This document shows positions 13,683 to 28,382 of a stretch of DNA of 64,000 nt, piece after piece. How positions within the stretch are numbered: position 1 is the first letter of the stretch; every line of letters begins with the position of its first letter. A program made the position numbers and the translations under genes. Under the pieces are notes generated by a model, which was not told the DNA's origin, made no database searches, and saw only the letters and a program-made list of their open reading frames with translations. The stretch lies in the NCBI GenBank assembly GCA_963704885.1, contig CAVPIB010000001.1:768001-832000 (forward strand). The letters run 5' to 3'. Source of the stretch: an uncultured Actinomycetes bacterium (GTDB lineage Bacteria; Actinomycetota; UBA4738; HRBIN12).

Positions 13683-16600
13683 GTGCTGGACGTCAACTAC
13701 TTCGATGAACTCCGGATCGGTCTTGCGCAGGCCGATCAGATCCGTGCCTGGTCCAACGGCGAGGTGAAGAAGCCGGAGACCATCAACTACCGAACGCTGA
13801 AGCCCGAGAAGGACGGCCTGTTCTGCGAGCGGATCTTCGGTCCCACGCGGGACTGGGAGTGCCACTGCGGCAAGTACAAGCGCGTCCGGTTCAAGGGCAT
13901 CATCTGCGAGCGCTGCGGTGTCGAGATCACCCGGAGCAAGGTCCGCCGCGACAGGATGGGACACATCGAGCTTGCCGCCCCGGTCACCCATATCTGGTAC
14001 TTCAAGGGCGTTCCCTCTCGCCTGGGCTACCTGCTTGACCTCGCCCCAAAGGATCTCGAGCGGATCATCTACTTCGCCGCCTACGTCATCACGCGGGTCG
14101 ACGTGGATCGCCGGCACAAGGAGCTGCCGGAGATCGAGAGTGGACTCGAGGAAGAGAAGCGCGAGATCGACATCGACCGCGACGAGCAGGTCAAGCGCCG
14201 CCTGAACGAGCTCGAGGATCGACTGAAGGAGCTCGAGGCCGAGAAGGCCAAAGGCGCCCAGCTCTCGGCCGCCAAACGTGAGGCTCAGCGCGACGTCGAG
14301 CGCATCCACGAAGCCGCCGGCCGCGAGACACAGCACCTCGACGATGTGTTGTCCGCATTCAAGGGGTTGTCGATGAAGCAGTTGGTGGCCGACGACAGCG
14401 TCTACCGGTCGCTCCGCGAGCGGTTCGGCGACTACTTCGACGGTGGTATGGGGGCAGAAGCCATCAAGCGGCTGCTCTCGGACTACGACGTCGAGGCCGA
14501 GTCCGCCGTACTGCGCGATCAGATCGAGAACGGCAAAGGGACGCGACGCCTGAAGGCCATCAAGCGGCTCAAGGTCGTGTCCAACTTCGTCGACGGACGT
14601 TCGAACCCGATGGGCATGGTCCTGGACGCGATCCCGGTCATCCCACCCGACCTGCGTCCCATGGTGCAGCTCGACGGGGGTCGGTTCGCCACATCGGATC
14701 TGAACGACCTTTATCGCCGCGTGATCAACCGGAACAACCGGTTGAAGCGACTCCTGGATCTCCAGGCCCCAGAGATCATCGTCAACAACGAGAAGCGGAT
14801 GCTGCAGGAGGCCGTCGACGCACTCTTCGACAACGGCCGCCGTGGCCGTCCCGTCACAGGGCCTGGCAACCGCCCGCTGAAGTCACTCTCGGACATGCTG
14901 AAGGGCAAGCAGGGTCGGTTCCGCCAGAACCTGCTTGGCAAGCGCGTCGACTACTCCGGCCGATCGGTGATCGTGGTGGGCCCCGAGCTCCGGCTGCACC
15001 AGTGCGGCCTGCCGAAGCAGATGGCGTTGGAGCTCTTCAAGCCTTTCGTGATGAAGCGGCTGGTCGACCAGGCGCTCGCGCAGAACATCAAGAGCGCCAA
15101 GCGGATGGTCGAGCGCGCCCGTCCCCAGGTTTGGGACGTGCTCGAGGAGGTCATCCGCGACCACCCGGTCATGCTGAACCGCGCACCCACGCTCCACCGC
15201 CTCGGTATCCAGGCGTTCGAGCCCGTGCTCGTGGAGGGCAAGGCCATCAAGATCCATCCACTCGTCTGCCAGGCCTTCAACGCCGACTTCGACGGAGACC
15301 AGATGGCGGTGCACGTGCCGTTGTCAGCCGAGGCGCAGGCGGAGGCGCGGATCCTGATGCTCTCAACCAACAACATCTTGTCGCCGGCGCACGGTCGTCC
15401 GATCGCCACGCCAACCCAGGACATGGTGCTCGGCCTCTACTACATGACGCTCGCGATCGAGGAAGACACCAAGGACAAGGACACGCCCGCGTTCGCATCA
15501 GCGGCGGAAGCTCTGTTGGCCCTGGACGCCGGTTTCTCACTCCAGCGTCCCATCCGCATCCGGCTGGAGGGCAAGAAGCTCCCGGCCGAGATGCTGCCTG
15601 AGGGTTGGGACGCGTCCAACGGACGCGCTCCGGTCATCCGCACCACGATCGGTCGTGTGATCTTCAACCAGGCGTTCCCCGACGACTTCGAGTACCGCAA
15701 CACCCCGGTCGTCAAGAACGACATCGCGCGGTTCGTCGATCAGACCGTGCACGACTACGACCGCGCCCAGGTCGAGCAGGTTCTCGACAACCTGAAGAAC
15801 CTGGGCTTCCACTTCGCCACCCGCGCGGGTGTGACGGTGGGGGTCGAAGACGTCACCACGCCGCCGTCCAAGGCGAAGATCCTGGATGAGCACGAGAAGC
15901 GGGCCCAGAAGGTCGAGCAGCAGTACCGACGCGGCATCATCACCGACGACGAGCGCCGCCAGGAGCTGATCGAGATCTGGACCCAGGCGACCGACGAGGT
16001 CAAGGACGCGATGGAGGCCCAGTTCAAGCCCACCAACCCGATCTTCATGATGGCCAACTCGGGCGCCCGGGGCAACATCATGCAGATCCGTCAGCTGGCC
16101 GGCATGCGCGGTCTGGTGGCCAACCCGAAGGGCGAGATCATCCCGCGGCCGATCAAGTCGAACTTCCGCGAGGGTCTGTCCGTGCTGGAGTACTTCATCT
16201 CGACGCACGGGGCTCGCAAGGGGTTGGCCGACACCGCACTGCGGACGGCCGACTCGGGGTACCTGACGAGGCGACTGGTCGACGTGGCCCAGGAGCTGAT
16301 CATCCGCGAGGACGACTGCGGCTCAGACCGGAGCGTTCCCGTCCAGGTCAACGTCCCGAGGCCCGACGGCTCTGTCGTTCGCGCGGCACACATCGAGACC
16401 AGCATCTTCGGCCGCGTCTTGGCCGAGGATGTCAAGGTCGGAAGTAAGAAGGTGGCCCGGGCGGGCCAGGAGCTCACCGACGAGCTCACCGAGGTCGTCG
16501 TGATGTCCGGCGTCGAGTCGGTGCGGGTCCGCTCGGTCGTTACGTGCGAAGCAGAGGTCGGTGTCTGCCGACTGTGCTACGGCCGCAACCTCGCATCGGG

Positions 16601-17588
16601 GCGGGTCGTCGACATCGGCGAGGCGGTGGGGATCATCGCCGCGCAGTCGATCGGTGAGCCCGGCACGCAGCTCACGATGCGGACGTTCCACACCGGCGGG
16701 GTCGCCGGTGAGGACATCACGCATGGTCTGCCTCGCGTGGTCGAGCTCTTCGAGGCCCGCAAGCCCAAGGGAGAGGCCCAGATCACCGAGCTCTCGGGAA
16801 CCGTCTCGATCGAAGACGACGACGAGAAGCACGTCCGGCGGATCCGCGTGACGGACGAGACCGGCGATATGGTCGAATACCCGGTCTCGTTCCGGGCCAG
16901 GCTGACGGTCTCGGACGGGGAGGCCGTCGAGGTCGGGCAGCGGTTGACGGAAGGTTCGGTCAACCCCCACGAGAAGCTGCGTGTGGAGGGCGTCCAGGCT
17001 CTGCAGCTGCACATGGTCGAAGAAGTGCAGCAGGTCTACCGCAGCCAGGGCGTGACGATCCACGACAAGCACATCGAGCTGATCGTGCGTCAGATGCTCC
17101 GCAAGGTGCACATCATCGAGCCAGGTGACACGGTGTTCCTGCCGGGCGACATGGTCGCTCGGCGCGTCTTCGAGGAGACGAACGCCGATGTGGTCGAGAG
17201 CGGTGGTACGCCCGCCTCGGCTCGCCCGGTGCTTCTCGGGATCACGAAGGCGTCACTCGCAACTGACTCGTGGCTCTCTGCGGCTTCGTTCCAAGAGACG
17301 ACGCGCGTGCTCACCGACGCGGCTATCGGCGCACGCTCCGACCCCTTGCTCGGACTCAAGGAGAACGTGATCATCGGCAAGTTGATCCCGGCTGGTACAG
17401 GGATGCCGCGGTATCGCAACGTCCAGGTGCGGATCAAGCCCGAGGCGATCCCGGAGTACTGGCTCGCTCGCCAGCGCGAGATCCTCGCGGCAGTGGAGAG
17501 CGGAGGCGCCGAGCCCGCCCTCGTGGGGCTTACGCGCGAGCAGGCCGAGGAGATGCTAGGCGGGACGATCTCGGTTTCCGAAGAGTAG
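13683..17588 (+). CDS. rpoC: RNA polymerase beta' subunit
   Basis: NADFDGD, Zn ribbon, actinobacterial coiled-coil insertion after ...TRVDVDRR. Confidence 0.99.
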   Translation: MLDVNYFDELRIGLAQADQIRAWSNGEVKKPETINYRTLKPEKDGLFCERIFGPTRDWECHCGKYKRVRFKGIICERCGVEITRSKVRRDRMGHIELAAPVTHIWYFKGVPSRLGYLLDLAPKDLERIIYFAAYVITRVDVDRRHKELPEIESGLEEEKREIDIDRDEQVKRRLNELEDRLKELEAEKAKGAQLSAAKREAQRDVERIHEAAGRETQHLDDVLSAFKGLSMKQLVADDSVYRSLRERFGDYFDGGMGAEAIKRLLSDYDVEAESAVLRDQIENGKGTRRLKAIKRLKVVSNFVDGRSNPMGMVLDAIPVIPPDLRPMVQLDGGRFATSDLNDLYRRVINRNNRLKRLLDLQAPEIIVNNEKRMLQEAVDALFDNGRRGRPVTGPGNRPLKSLSDMLKGKQGRFRQNLLGKRVDYSGRSVIVVGPELRLHQCGLPKQMALELFKPFVMKRLVDQALAQNIKSAKRMVERARPQVWDVLEEVIRDHPVMLNRAPTLHRLGIQAFEPVLVEGKAIKIHPLVCQAFNADFDGDQMAVHVPLSAEAQAEARILMLSTNNILSPAHGRPIATPTQDMVLGLYYMTLAIEEDTKDKDTPAFASAAEALLALDAGFSLQRPIRIRLEGKKLPAEMLPEGWDASNGRAPVIRTTIGRVIFNQAFPDDFEYRNTPVVKNDIARFVDQTVHDYDRAQVEQVLDNLKNLGFHFATRAGVTVGVEDVTTPPSKAKILDEHEKRAQKVEQQYRRGIITDDERRQELIEIWTQATDEVKDAMEAQFKPTNPIFMMANSGARGNIMQIRQLAGMRGLVANPKGEIIPRPIKSNFREGLSVLEYFISTHGARKGLADTALRTADSGYLTRRLVDVAQELIIREDDCGSDRSVPVQVNVPRPDGSVVRAAHIETSIFGRVLAEDVKVGSKKVARAGQELTDELTEVVVMSGVESVRVRSVVTCEAEVGVCRLCYGRNLASGRVVDIGEAVGIIAAQSIGEPGTQLTMRTFHTGGVAGEDITHGLPRVVELFEARKPKGEAQITELSGTVSIEDDDEKHVRRIRVTDETGDMVEYPVSFRARLTVSDGEAVEVGQRLTEGSVNPHEKLRVEGVQALQLHMVEEVQQVYRSQGVTIHDKHIELIVRQMLRKVHIIEPGDTVFLPGDMVARRVFEETNADVVESGGTPASARPVLLGITKASLATDSWLSAASFQETTRVLTDAAIGARSDPLLGLKENVIIGKLIPAGTGMPRYRNVQVRIKPEAIPEYWLARQREILAAVESGGAEPALVGLTREQAEEMLGGTISVSEE

Positions 17589-17645
17589 TCGCGGCCGGGC
17601 GACCGCCGGCTTCCGGCGTTCGGTCGGGGGTGTCGGTTCGACCGC

Positions 17646-18431
17646 TCACCTCTCGGCGGCGAGGCGGAGTAGCTCGGCGTGGACGGGCGTCGGGCCCGCC
17701 AGGATGTCTCCGGCGAGGTAGTCGGGGCCGCCCTCCCAATCGGTCACCCGGCCACCGGCCTCTTCTATCAACAGACCGCCTGCGGCAACGTCCCAGGGAG
17801 ACAGGGCCAGCTCGAAGAAGCCGTCGAAGACGCCGGCGGCTACCCAAGCGAGGTCGAGCGATGCCGCGCCGGGTCGCCGAAGATCCTCGAAGCGGCCCAG
17901 CGCCGCGTTCATGGTGCGGAGGTAGCGGGGGACAACCTCCTTGTGTCGGAACGGGAATCCCGTTCCGACGACGGCTTGCTCGGGGGATCTCCGGGAGACG
18001 CGCAGGGGTTCGCCCTGGCGGTTGCCCTCGCGTTCGACCCGAGCTCCGTGTCCCCGTGCACCGAGGTAGGTCTCACGCAGGAAGGGGGCATGGACGGCGC
18101 CGGCCACCGGGCGGCCCTCCTCCACCAGCGCGACGGAGACGCCGACGATCGGGAACCCGTGTACGAAGTTGGTTGTTCCGTCCAGAGGATCCACCAGCCA
18201 GTACAGGTCACTAGCGGAGCCGCCGTGCTCCTCGCCCACGACCGGGATACCCGGGGCGGAGTGAGTCAGGAATTCGGCGATGGCGCCTTCGCTCGCCCTG
18301 TCGATCTCCGTGACGTAGTCACCGGCCGCCTTCTCGCTCGCCATCGGATCTTGACCGGCGGCGAGGATGGTGACCCCACCCACCCGGGCCGCCTCACCGG
18401 CGAGGGACGAGAGGTCGGCGAGCGAAAGCAT
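17646..18431 (-). CDS. Inositol monophosphatase family protein (SuhB-like)
   Basis: DYVTEID, GEE, WLVDPLDGTTNFVHG, WDVAAG; start set at ATG 18431. Confidence 0.93.
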   Translation of the reverse strand: MLSLADLSSLAGEAARVGGVTILAAGQDPMASEKAAGDYVTEIDRASEGAIAEFLTHSAPGIPVVGEEHGGSASDLYWLVDPLDGTTNFVHGFPIVGVSVALVEEGRPVAGAVHAPFLRETYLGARGHGARVEREGNRQGEPLRVSRRSPEQAVVGTGFPFRHKEVVPRYLRTMNAALGRFEDLRRPGAASLDLAWVAAGVFDGFFELALSPWDVAAGGLLIEEAGGRVTDWEGGPDYLAGDILAGPTPVHAELLRLAAER

Positions 18432-18517
18432 CTGACGGACGCTATCAAGGCCAGAGGCCCGGCCGCGCGGCCGGGCCTCTGGCAGGTCATCGGTCGCCGG
18501 TGATCGCCGGCTCCTGG

Positions 18518-21500
18518 TCAGGAGACGGCGATCACCACCTTCTCGACGGTCGTTCCGACGATGACCTCGCTCGTCATACGGGCGATCAGCGGGTGGTCGC
18601 CCGCGGAGCCGCCGAGAGCGTCGTACGTGATCGTGAGGGAACCTCCCGCCGCCGGCGGCGAGGTGAGGACGCTCCAGCCTGTCTCTGCGGCCGGCACGGA
18701 CACGAGCGCGGCGGCGCTCGAGCCGTCGCGGTTCTCCGCTCCGATCTCCAGACCCGAGCCAGCGTCGCCGAAGCCCGGCACATCGAGGCCATACACGAAC
18801 GTCACTGCCTCCGTCGCCCCCTCCTGGATCCATATCTGGAACGAAACCGTGGCCACCTCGTCGTAGAAGCTGACGCTCGACCATTCCAGGATCACCCAAG
18901 AGTCGATGCCGTCGGTGAGCTCGCCCGCGAACATCTGGCCGCCGAAATCCGGGTTCAGGTCGGTCCAGAACGGAGCGATTACGTTGTTCGGTCGCGCAGG
19001 ATCAGGGAGATCCTGTGGGATGTAGTTGACGTCGGAGGAGTCGCCCCCGCCGATCACCACGTATCCGTCAGACACCATGCCGACCTCGTCGTACGTCTCG
19101 CTCCCGTACTCGAAGCTCGACACGCCGAAGTTCGTGATGGTCTCATCGCCGACGCCGCCGAGTGGGGCGAAGAAGCCCGCCAGCGGGACGTAGCCGTACG
19201 GTGGGCCGCCCGGATCGATCGAGTCGATGGTCGGGGGAACCGCGGGGTCCAGCGATCCGCTGAAGGTGAACCCGGTCCCTCCTGGGACACCGGGCGCCGA
19301 GACGTTCTGGATCGCGAGATCCGGGTCATCCGGACTCGAGACATCCAGGTCGACGTTGGCCGCGCCGGAGTTGAAGTTCTGGAGCGTGACCTGGCAGGCC
19401 GCGCTCTCCCCGACACCGATCGACGTCGGGTCGCACGAATGCGACATCGTGACGTCAGCCTGGTTCTTGATCCAGGCCACGGGGATGAACACGTCGTTCT
19501 TGAACGACCCCGCATCCAGGGTGATGCTTCCGAAGTACTGTCCGTCGGCCAGGTCGACGCCTGAGATGGTGACGTCGATCTGCAAGGTCCCCCCGACGGG
19601 CACCGCCCAATCGGGAGAGGTGACTTCGATAGCCGCCCCTGCCGGCGCGCTGGTGCTTGCCGTGAAGGTCAGAGGAAACCCGGTCACGTTCAGCCCGTAC
19701 CTGGTCGTAGACACCTCGCCCGGCATCACGGTCGCGTCGATGCTCGGCAGGTTCAGGTCGATCCATGTGCTCGGATCGAGCCCGGCCGCCATGTACTCGG
19801 CCGACGTGACGTCGAACGTCAGAGTGGGCTTGACCGCGCGGTTCGCACGGATCGAGCCCGCTCCGTCGTCGAACGGGTCGGCGGGTGTGATCCCGTCCTC
19901 CTTGGTCGCGGTCTGCAGCGATGAGGTCATCAATGCCGACTTGACCTGTCCGGGGGTCCAATCCGGGTGGGCCGCCTTCACGAGGGCGGCTACTCCCGCG
20001 GCGTGCGGGCTGGACATCGAGGTGCCCGCGATCGCCTGGAAGTACTCGCCCGGTGGCCCCGCAGCGGGGTCCACCGGTTCGGGTGTGTTCCCGGCCAGGA
20101 TCTGGAGCCCCGGCGCGGTGACGTCGGGCTTGATGAACCCGCCCACGGGCCCCCGAGACGAGAACGTCGTCATCTGGTCCGCGTGGGCCGGCCGCGCCCG
20201 GCCGGTCCTCCAGAAGGCTCGCACCTGGTCGTGCGCACCCAAGAAGGCCAGCAAGGTGTTGGCCGGTTCGGGTCCCTCGAGCATCACCGTCGGGATCCAG
20301 AAGTTGTCCGTGAACAGATCCTGGTGGGTTGGGTTGTACAGGATCATCCCGGCCGCCCCGCCCTGAGACACGTTCAGAGCCTTGACGTTGCGGCCGGGGC
20401 TGCGTTCGCAGAGCACCACCTCGTTCGTTGCCATACCGGGGGTCATCGGGGTCTCGCAGAACGGATCGCCGTACCCCGCAACGTCCGCGGCGGAGACGAC
20501 GATCCTGCCGAAAAGGCCCCTGGTTATCGACGAGCCCTCAAGCTTGAGGTGGGCGCCGTCGGATGCCCGCAGGTGTAGGTCGGTCAAGTAGGAGCGAGGA
20601 CCATACGAAGCGCCGACCGTGGTCACCCAAGGACCACCGTGTTCGGCCGTAGCCGGCCCGGGTCCGGAGTTCCCGGCGGAGGCGTTCACGTCGACGCCGG
20701 CGCTGTACGCGTCCAAGAACGCCAACTCGACCGGGTCGGAGTACGGAACCGCTCCGCCGCTGATGGAGAAGTTGATGACGTCGACCCCGTCAAGGATCGC
20801 CTGCTCGACCGCGGCGACGGAGTCTGAGTTGTAGCAGCCCTGGAGCAGGCAGACCCGGTACATGATGACCCGGGCCCCAGGGGCCATACCGCTCACCCAC
20901 CCGCGCCTCAGGCCGAAGATCGACGCCTTCGTGGGAGCGCCGGCGGCGGTCGAGGACGTGTGCGTCCCGTGGCCGTCGGCGTCTCGGGCGGAGCACTCGA
21001 GCGTGGCGTTGTTGCAGAACTCGCCGGGCTCAGCCCCGGTGATCAGCATGTACGTGTCAGTGAAGGCGTAAGAACCGATCAGCTTGTTGTTACAGCTGAA
21101 CGGTGCGCCGAGGAGCGGGTCCGAACCGTCGCCGAACTCGCAGCCGAAGGTGCCCGGGAACGAGCCCAGGCCGAGGTCCTTGAACGACCGGTGCTCGGGC
21201 CAGATGCCCGTGTCCAGCACGCCAACGATGACGTTCCTGCCGGCCTTCCTCGATCCGCCCAGGTGGGGCCAGACCTGATCTGCGCCCAAGAAGTGTGGCG
21301 TCGTGTTGGTTAGGGGCTTGGCTCTGTTGTCCCGTTGGACGGCGACGACTCCTGGCACCCTGAGGAGGCTGCGGATCCGACCCGCCGGAACGAGCATCGA
21401 CGCTCCTCCGTAGGCGATCCGGTACGTGCGGAGCATCTGAGCGCCCCTGACCTCGGCGCGGACGGCCGCCACGATCTCGCGCATCCGAGCGCTCAGGTAG

Positions 21501-21895
21501 CGCTGATAGGCGCGTACGCGACCCGTTGTGCTTCTCAGACTCTTCCCCGTCACGCTCGGACTGGTCGCCCGAAGTCCGGAGATGCCGCCCGCGTAGCTCG
21601 CCACCGGGTCGACGTCGAACCTAACCATCACGGGGACGAGCCTGTTGCCGCGCATCTTGAGCAGGCTTCGATCCGAACGTGCTAGGCGGGCGCTCGGGGC
21701 CTTTGCCGCGCTGATGGTCTTCCCGACAGATGGAAGCGCCCGGGCTGACAGCTTGGGTGCGGCGCCCACGGGCACAGACAGTGCGATGACTGCGATGAAC
21801 ACCGTGATGAGCGACAGGATGGCTGTTCGCCGCGAGACACGGAACGATGACGTACGGCTTCCCCCTCCCCAGGTGGACCATCGGGATACTGACAC
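18518..21895 (-). CDS. Secreted S8 subtilisin-like serine protease (I9 prodomain, PA domain, C-terminal beta domains)
   Basis: Signal peptide; catalytic motifs VLDTG, DGHGTHT and GTSMSSPH; start uncertain. Confidence 0.93.
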   Translation of the reverse strand: MSVSRWSTWGGGSRTSSFRVSRRTAILSLITVFIAVIALSVPVGAAPKLSARALPSVGKTISAAKAPSARLARSDRSLLKMRGNRLVPVMVRFDVDPVASYAGGISGLRATSPSVTGKSLRSTTGRVRAYQRYLSARMREIVAAVRAEVRGAQMLRTYRIAYGGASMLVPAGRIRSLLRVPGVVAVQRDNRAKPLTNTTPHFLGADQVWPHLGGSRKAGRNVIVGVLDTGIWPEHRSFKDLGLGSFPGTFGCEFGDGSDPLLGAPFSCNNKLIGSYAFTDTYMLITGAEPGEFCNNATLECSARDADGHGTHTSSTAAGAPTKASIFGLRRGWVSGMAPGARVIMYRVCLLQGCYNSDSVAAVEQAILDGVDVINFSISGGAVPYSDPVELAFLDAYSAGVDVNASAGNSGPGPATAEHGGPWVTTVGASYGPRSYLTDLHLRASDGAHLKLEGSSITRGLFGRIVVSAADVAGYGDPFCETPMTPGMATNEVVLCERSPGRNVKALNVSQGGAAGMILYNPTHQDLFTDNFWIPTVMLEGPEPANTLLAFLGAHDQVRAFWRTGRARPAHADQMTTFSSRGPVGGFIKPDVTAPGLQILAGNTPEPVDPAAGPPGEYFQAIAGTSMSSPHAAGVAALVKAAHPDWTPGQVKSALMTSSLQTATKEDGITPADPFDDGAGSIRANRAVKPTLTFDVTSAEYMAAGLDPSTWIDLNLPSIDATVMPGEVSTTRYGLNVTGFPLTFTASTSAPAGAAIEVTSPDWAVPVGGTLQIDVTISGVDLADGQYFGSITLDAGSFKNDVFIPVAWIKNQADVTMSHSCDPTSIGVGESAACQVTLQNFNSGAANVDLDVSSPDDPDLAIQNVSAPGVPGGTGFTFSGSLDPAVPPTIDSIDPGGPPYGYVPLAGFFAPLGGVGDETITNFGVSSFEYGSETYDEVGMVSDGYVVIGGGDSSDVNYIPQDLPDPARPNNVIAPFWTDLNPDFGGQMFAGELTDGIDSWVILEWSSVSFYDEVATVSFQIWIQEGATEAVTFVYGLDVPGFGDAGSGLEIGAENRDGSSAAALVSVPAAETGWSVLTSPPAAGGSLTITYDALGGSAGDHPLIARMTSEVIVGTTVEKVVIAVS

Positions 21896-21986
21896 GAGGG
21901 GCGACCATCGTGCATAGGCCTTTAGGCTCCTGCGGAACGCTTCATCCCGAACCTGCCCGGCCGGCCCCCTAACCGGGCCCGCCCGG

Positions 21987-22016
21987 TTGACACTTCGTGT
22001 GTGCCACCTGTAGCTT
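21987..22016 (+). promoter_or_regulatory. SigA-type promoter of the str operon
   Basis: TTGACA-N18-TAGCTT, ~165 nt upstream of rpsL. Confidence 0.7.
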
Positions 22017-22185
22017 TATCGGTCGCGCCTCGGCTCGGCGGGCTGCCGGGCGCGCCTCAGTTCCGGTTCCCGGGGGAGGACCTCAGAGCGACGCGTTTCG
22101 TGCTGCTCCGAGGGATGATGGCTCGCGGGTTGGGTAACAGCTCGACCCCGGTGTTTGACAACGAAAGAGTGCAGACGAGAGACCT

Positions 22186-22560
22186 ATGCCCACGATCCAA
22201 CAGCTGGTTCGGAAGGGGCGCGAGCGCCCTAAGACCAAGACCAAGAGCCCCGCGCTCAAGGGGTCTCCGCAACGCCGTGGCGTCTGCACCCGTGTCTACA
22301 CCACCACCCCCAAGAAGCCGAACTCTGCGCTGCGCAAGGTCGCGCGAGTCCGCCTGACCTCTGGTATGGAGGTCACGGCCTATATCCCCGGAGTCGGCCA
22401 CAATCTGCAGGAGCACTCGATCGTGCTGGTACGTGGGGGGCGCGTTAAAGACCTCCCGGGTGTCCGGTACAAGATCGTCCGCGGGACGCTTGACACTGCC
22501 GGCGTGAAGGATCGTCGTCAGGCCCGCTCCCGGTACGGCGCGAAGAAGGGCGGCGAGTAG
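22186..22560 (+). CDS. rpsL: 30S ribosomal protein S12
   Basis: [20 protein letters not shown]. Confidence 0.99.
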   Translation: MPTIQQLVRKGRERPKTKTKSPALKGSPQRRGVCTRVYTTTPKKPNSALRKVARVRLTSGMEVTAYIPGVGHNLQEHSIVLVRGGRVKDLPGVRYKIVRGTLDTAGVKDRRQARSRYGAKKGGE

Positions 22561-22562
22561 CC

Positions 22563-23033
22563 GTGCCGCGCAAGGGACCTGCCGTAAGCCGCGAGGTGCT
22601 CCCGGACCCCGTCTATCAGAACCCGCTCGTCACGCAGCTGATCAACAAGGTGTTGCTACACGGTAAGAAGACGGTGGCCGAGCACACCGTCTACAAGGCG
22701 CTCGAGATCATCTCCGAGCGAACGGCCAACGACCCGGTGATCACGCTGAAGAAGGCGGTCGAGAACGTTCGCCCGATGCTCGAGGTGAAGTCCCGCCGCG
22801 TAGGAGGAGCCTCGTACCAGGTCCCGATCGAAGTCAGGCCGCAGCGTGGGACGACCTTGGCGCTCCGCTGGCTCGTCAACTACAGCCGGGCGCGCCGCGA
22901 GAACTCCATGGCCGAACGGCTGGTAGCCGAGATCATGGACGCCGCCAACGGCGCCGGGACCTCGGTCAAGCGTCGCGAGGACATGCACAAGATGGCCGAG
23001 GCGAACAGGGCATTCGCGCACTACCGATGGTGA
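22563..23033 (+). CDS. rpsG: 30S ribosomal protein S7
   Basis: [23 protein letters not shown]. Confidence 0.99.
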   Translation: MPRKGPAVSREVLPDPVYQNPLVTQLINKVLLHGKKTVAEHTVYKALEIISERTANDPVITLKKAVENVRPMLEVKSRRVGGASYQVPIEVRPQRGTTLALRWLVNYSRARRENSMAERLVAEIMDAANGAGTSVKRREDMHKMAEANRAFAHYRW

Positions 23034-23095
23034 CCGAAGAGGAACGTCGAGCCGGCCTCCAGGGGCCGGTTTCTCATGACAGGGGGGTCGCCTAG

Positions 23096-25252
<2,157 letters not shown>

Positions 25253-25273
25253 GACCACAGCGGGAGGTAGACC

Positions 25274-26458
<1,185 letters not shown>

Positions 26459-26507
26459 ACGACACCGAAGTAGTCTGACCCAGACTAGTAGAGAGGCACG
26501 AGCGACC

Positions 26508-26816
26508 GTGGCAGGACCGAAGATCCGGATCAAGCTCCGGGCCTACGACCACCGGATGTTGGACGTGGCGGCTCGAGACATAGTCGAGCATGTGACGCGC
26601 ACCGGTGCGAAGGTCGTTGGTCCGGTGCCTCTGCCGACCGAGCGCACCATCTACACGGTCATCAGATCGCCGCACAAGTACAAGGATTCGCGTGAGCACT
26701 TCCAGATGCTCACGCACAAACGTCTCATCGACATCGTCGACGCAACGTCGAAGACGGTCCAGGAGCTCCAGCGCCTGAACCTCTCGGCGGGAGTGGATAT
26801 CGAGATCAAGCTATGA
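26508..26816 (+). CDS. rpsJ: 30S ribosomal protein S10
   Basis: [27 protein letters not shown]. Confidence 0.99.
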   Translation: MAGPKIRIKLRAYDHRMLDVAARDIVEHVTRTGAKVVGPVPLPTERTIYTVIRSPHKYKDSREHFQMLTHKRLIDIVDATSKTVQELQRLNLSAGVDIEIKL

Positions 26817-27457
26817 GTCAAGTCAAGGGCATCTTGGGCGAGAAGCTGGGCATGACCCAGATCTTCGAGGAGACGCGGGCCATCCCGGTCACGGTCATCA
26901 AGGCCGGCCCCTGCTTCGTCGCCCAGGTGAAGACGATGGAGTCCGACGGCTACGACGCAGTCCAGCTGGCGTTCGCCGATACCACGCCCAACAAGCCACT
27001 CCAGGGGCATTTCGATGCACATGGCGGCAAGCCGGGACGGCATCTGGTCGAGCTGCGGACCGACGACGCGTCGAGCTACTCGCCTGGTCAGGAGTTGCGG
27101 GCCGACGTGTTCGTCGCGGGCGACCGCGCCGACGTGGTGGGCGTCTCACGTGGGAAGGGATTCTCCGGTGTCATGCGGCGACACGGGTTCAGTGGACTCG
27201 GATCGAGCCACGGAACCGAGAAGAAGCATCGGTCCCCGGGCTCGATCGGAGCCTGTGCGACGCCGTCGCGGGTCTTCAAGGGCATGCGGATGGCCGGGCA
27301 GCACGGGAACCAGCGCGTGACGGTGTTGAACCTCGAGATCGTCCAGTCTGATCCTGAGCGCAACCTCCTGCTGGTCAAAGGCGCCGTTCCGGGCCCGAAC
27401 GGTGGGCTCGTCATGGTCCGCTCGGCCGTGAAGGCTCCCGCTGGGAAGGGTGTCTGA
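26813..27457 (+). CDS. rplC: 50S ribosomal protein L3
   Basis: [18 protein letters not shown]. Confidence 0.99.
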   Translation: MSQVKGILGEKLGMTQIFEETRAIPVTVIKAGPCFVAQVKTMESDGYDAVQLAFADTTPNKPLQGHFDAHGGKPGRHLVELRTDDASSYSPGQELRADVFVAGDRADVVGVSRGKGFSGVMRRHGFSGLGSSHGTEKKHRSPGSIGACATPSRVFKGMRMAGQHGNQRVTVLNLEIVQSDPERNLLLVKGAVPGPNGGLVMVRSAVKAPAGKGV

Positions 27458-28089
27458 TGGCGACCATCGAGCTCCGAGACGCGCAGGGGAAGAAGGTCGG
27501 CTCGTGTGACCTGCCAGCCGGGGTGTTCGAGTCCACGGTGAGCGTTCCGCTGATGCATCAGGTCGTGGTCGCAGGCATGGCTGGGATCCGCGCCGGCACG
27601 CACTCCACGAAGACACGGGGCGACGTCTCCGGCGGGGGCAGGAAGCCGTGGCGTCAGAAGGGCACAGGCCGTGCGCGGCAAGGCTCGATCCGGTCGCCCC
27701 AGTGGGTGGGCGGTGGTGTCGCGCACGGACCGCACCCGCGCGGACATGAGATGCGCGTGAACAAGAAGATGAAGCGTGGTGCGCTCCGGTCGGCGCTCTC
27801 CGATGCGCTGCAGAGCGGGAAGCTCGCCGTCGTGAACGACATCTCGTTCGACCAGCCGAGAACGCGCGAGGCGGCAGGGTTGCTCAAGGCGCTGGAGCTC
27901 GAAGGCAAGGTGCTCGTGGTCCTGCCGGAACCTCAGGACGTTGTTGAGCGGTCCTTCCGGAACCTACCGTTCGTCCGGATCGCCTACGCGAAGAGCCTGG
28001 GCACCTACGAGGTGCTACGGGCCGACCGCGTGCTGTTCACGGAAGCGGCGCTCGGCGTGCTCGAGGGGGCCAGGGGGGTGGCGGAGTGA
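27457..28089 (+). CDS. rplD: 50S ribosomal protein L4
   Basis: KPWRQKGTGRARQGS. Confidence 0.99.
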   Translation: MATIELRDAQGKKVGSCDLPAGVFESTVSVPLMHQVVVAGMAGIRAGTHSTKTRGDVSGGGRKPWRQKGTGRARQGSIRSPQWVGGGVAHGPHPRGHEMRVNKKMKRGALRSALSDALQSGKLAVVNDISFDQPRTREAAGLLKALELEGKVLVVLPEPQDVVERSFRNLPFVRIAYAKSLGTYEVLRADRVLFTEAALGVLEGARGVAE

Positions 28090-28379
28090 AGTCGCCACGC
28101 GACGTGATCATCCGGCCCATCGTGTCCGAGAAGTCCTACGCGGGGATCGAGCTGAACACCTACACGTTCCTGGTCGACCCGCGCGCGAACAAGACCGAGA
28201 TCAAGGAGGCCGTCCAGACGATCTGGGAGGTCAAGGTGACCTCGGTGAACACTCTGAACCGGCGAGGCAAGACGAAGCGCCGGGGCTGGACCAAAGGCAA
28301 GCGCGCCGACGAGAAGCGCGCGATCGTGACTCTCGCGCAAGGCGACTCGATCGAGATCTTCGAAGGTGGGTTGGGATAA
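28086..28379 (+). CDS. rplW: 50S ribosomal protein L23
   Basis: PIVSEKS, ANKTEIK. Confidence 0.98.
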   Translation: MKSPRDVIIRPIVSEKSYAGIELNTYTFLVDPRANKTEIKEAVQTIWEVKVTSVNTLNRRGKTKRRGWTKGKRADEKRAIVTLAQGDSIEIFEGGLG

Positions 28380-28382
28380 CCG

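Noticed and set aside
22186-22560. Streptomycin-resistance alleles in rpsL
   Set aside because: The K43 and K88 equivalents are wild type (PKKPNS, RVKDLP)
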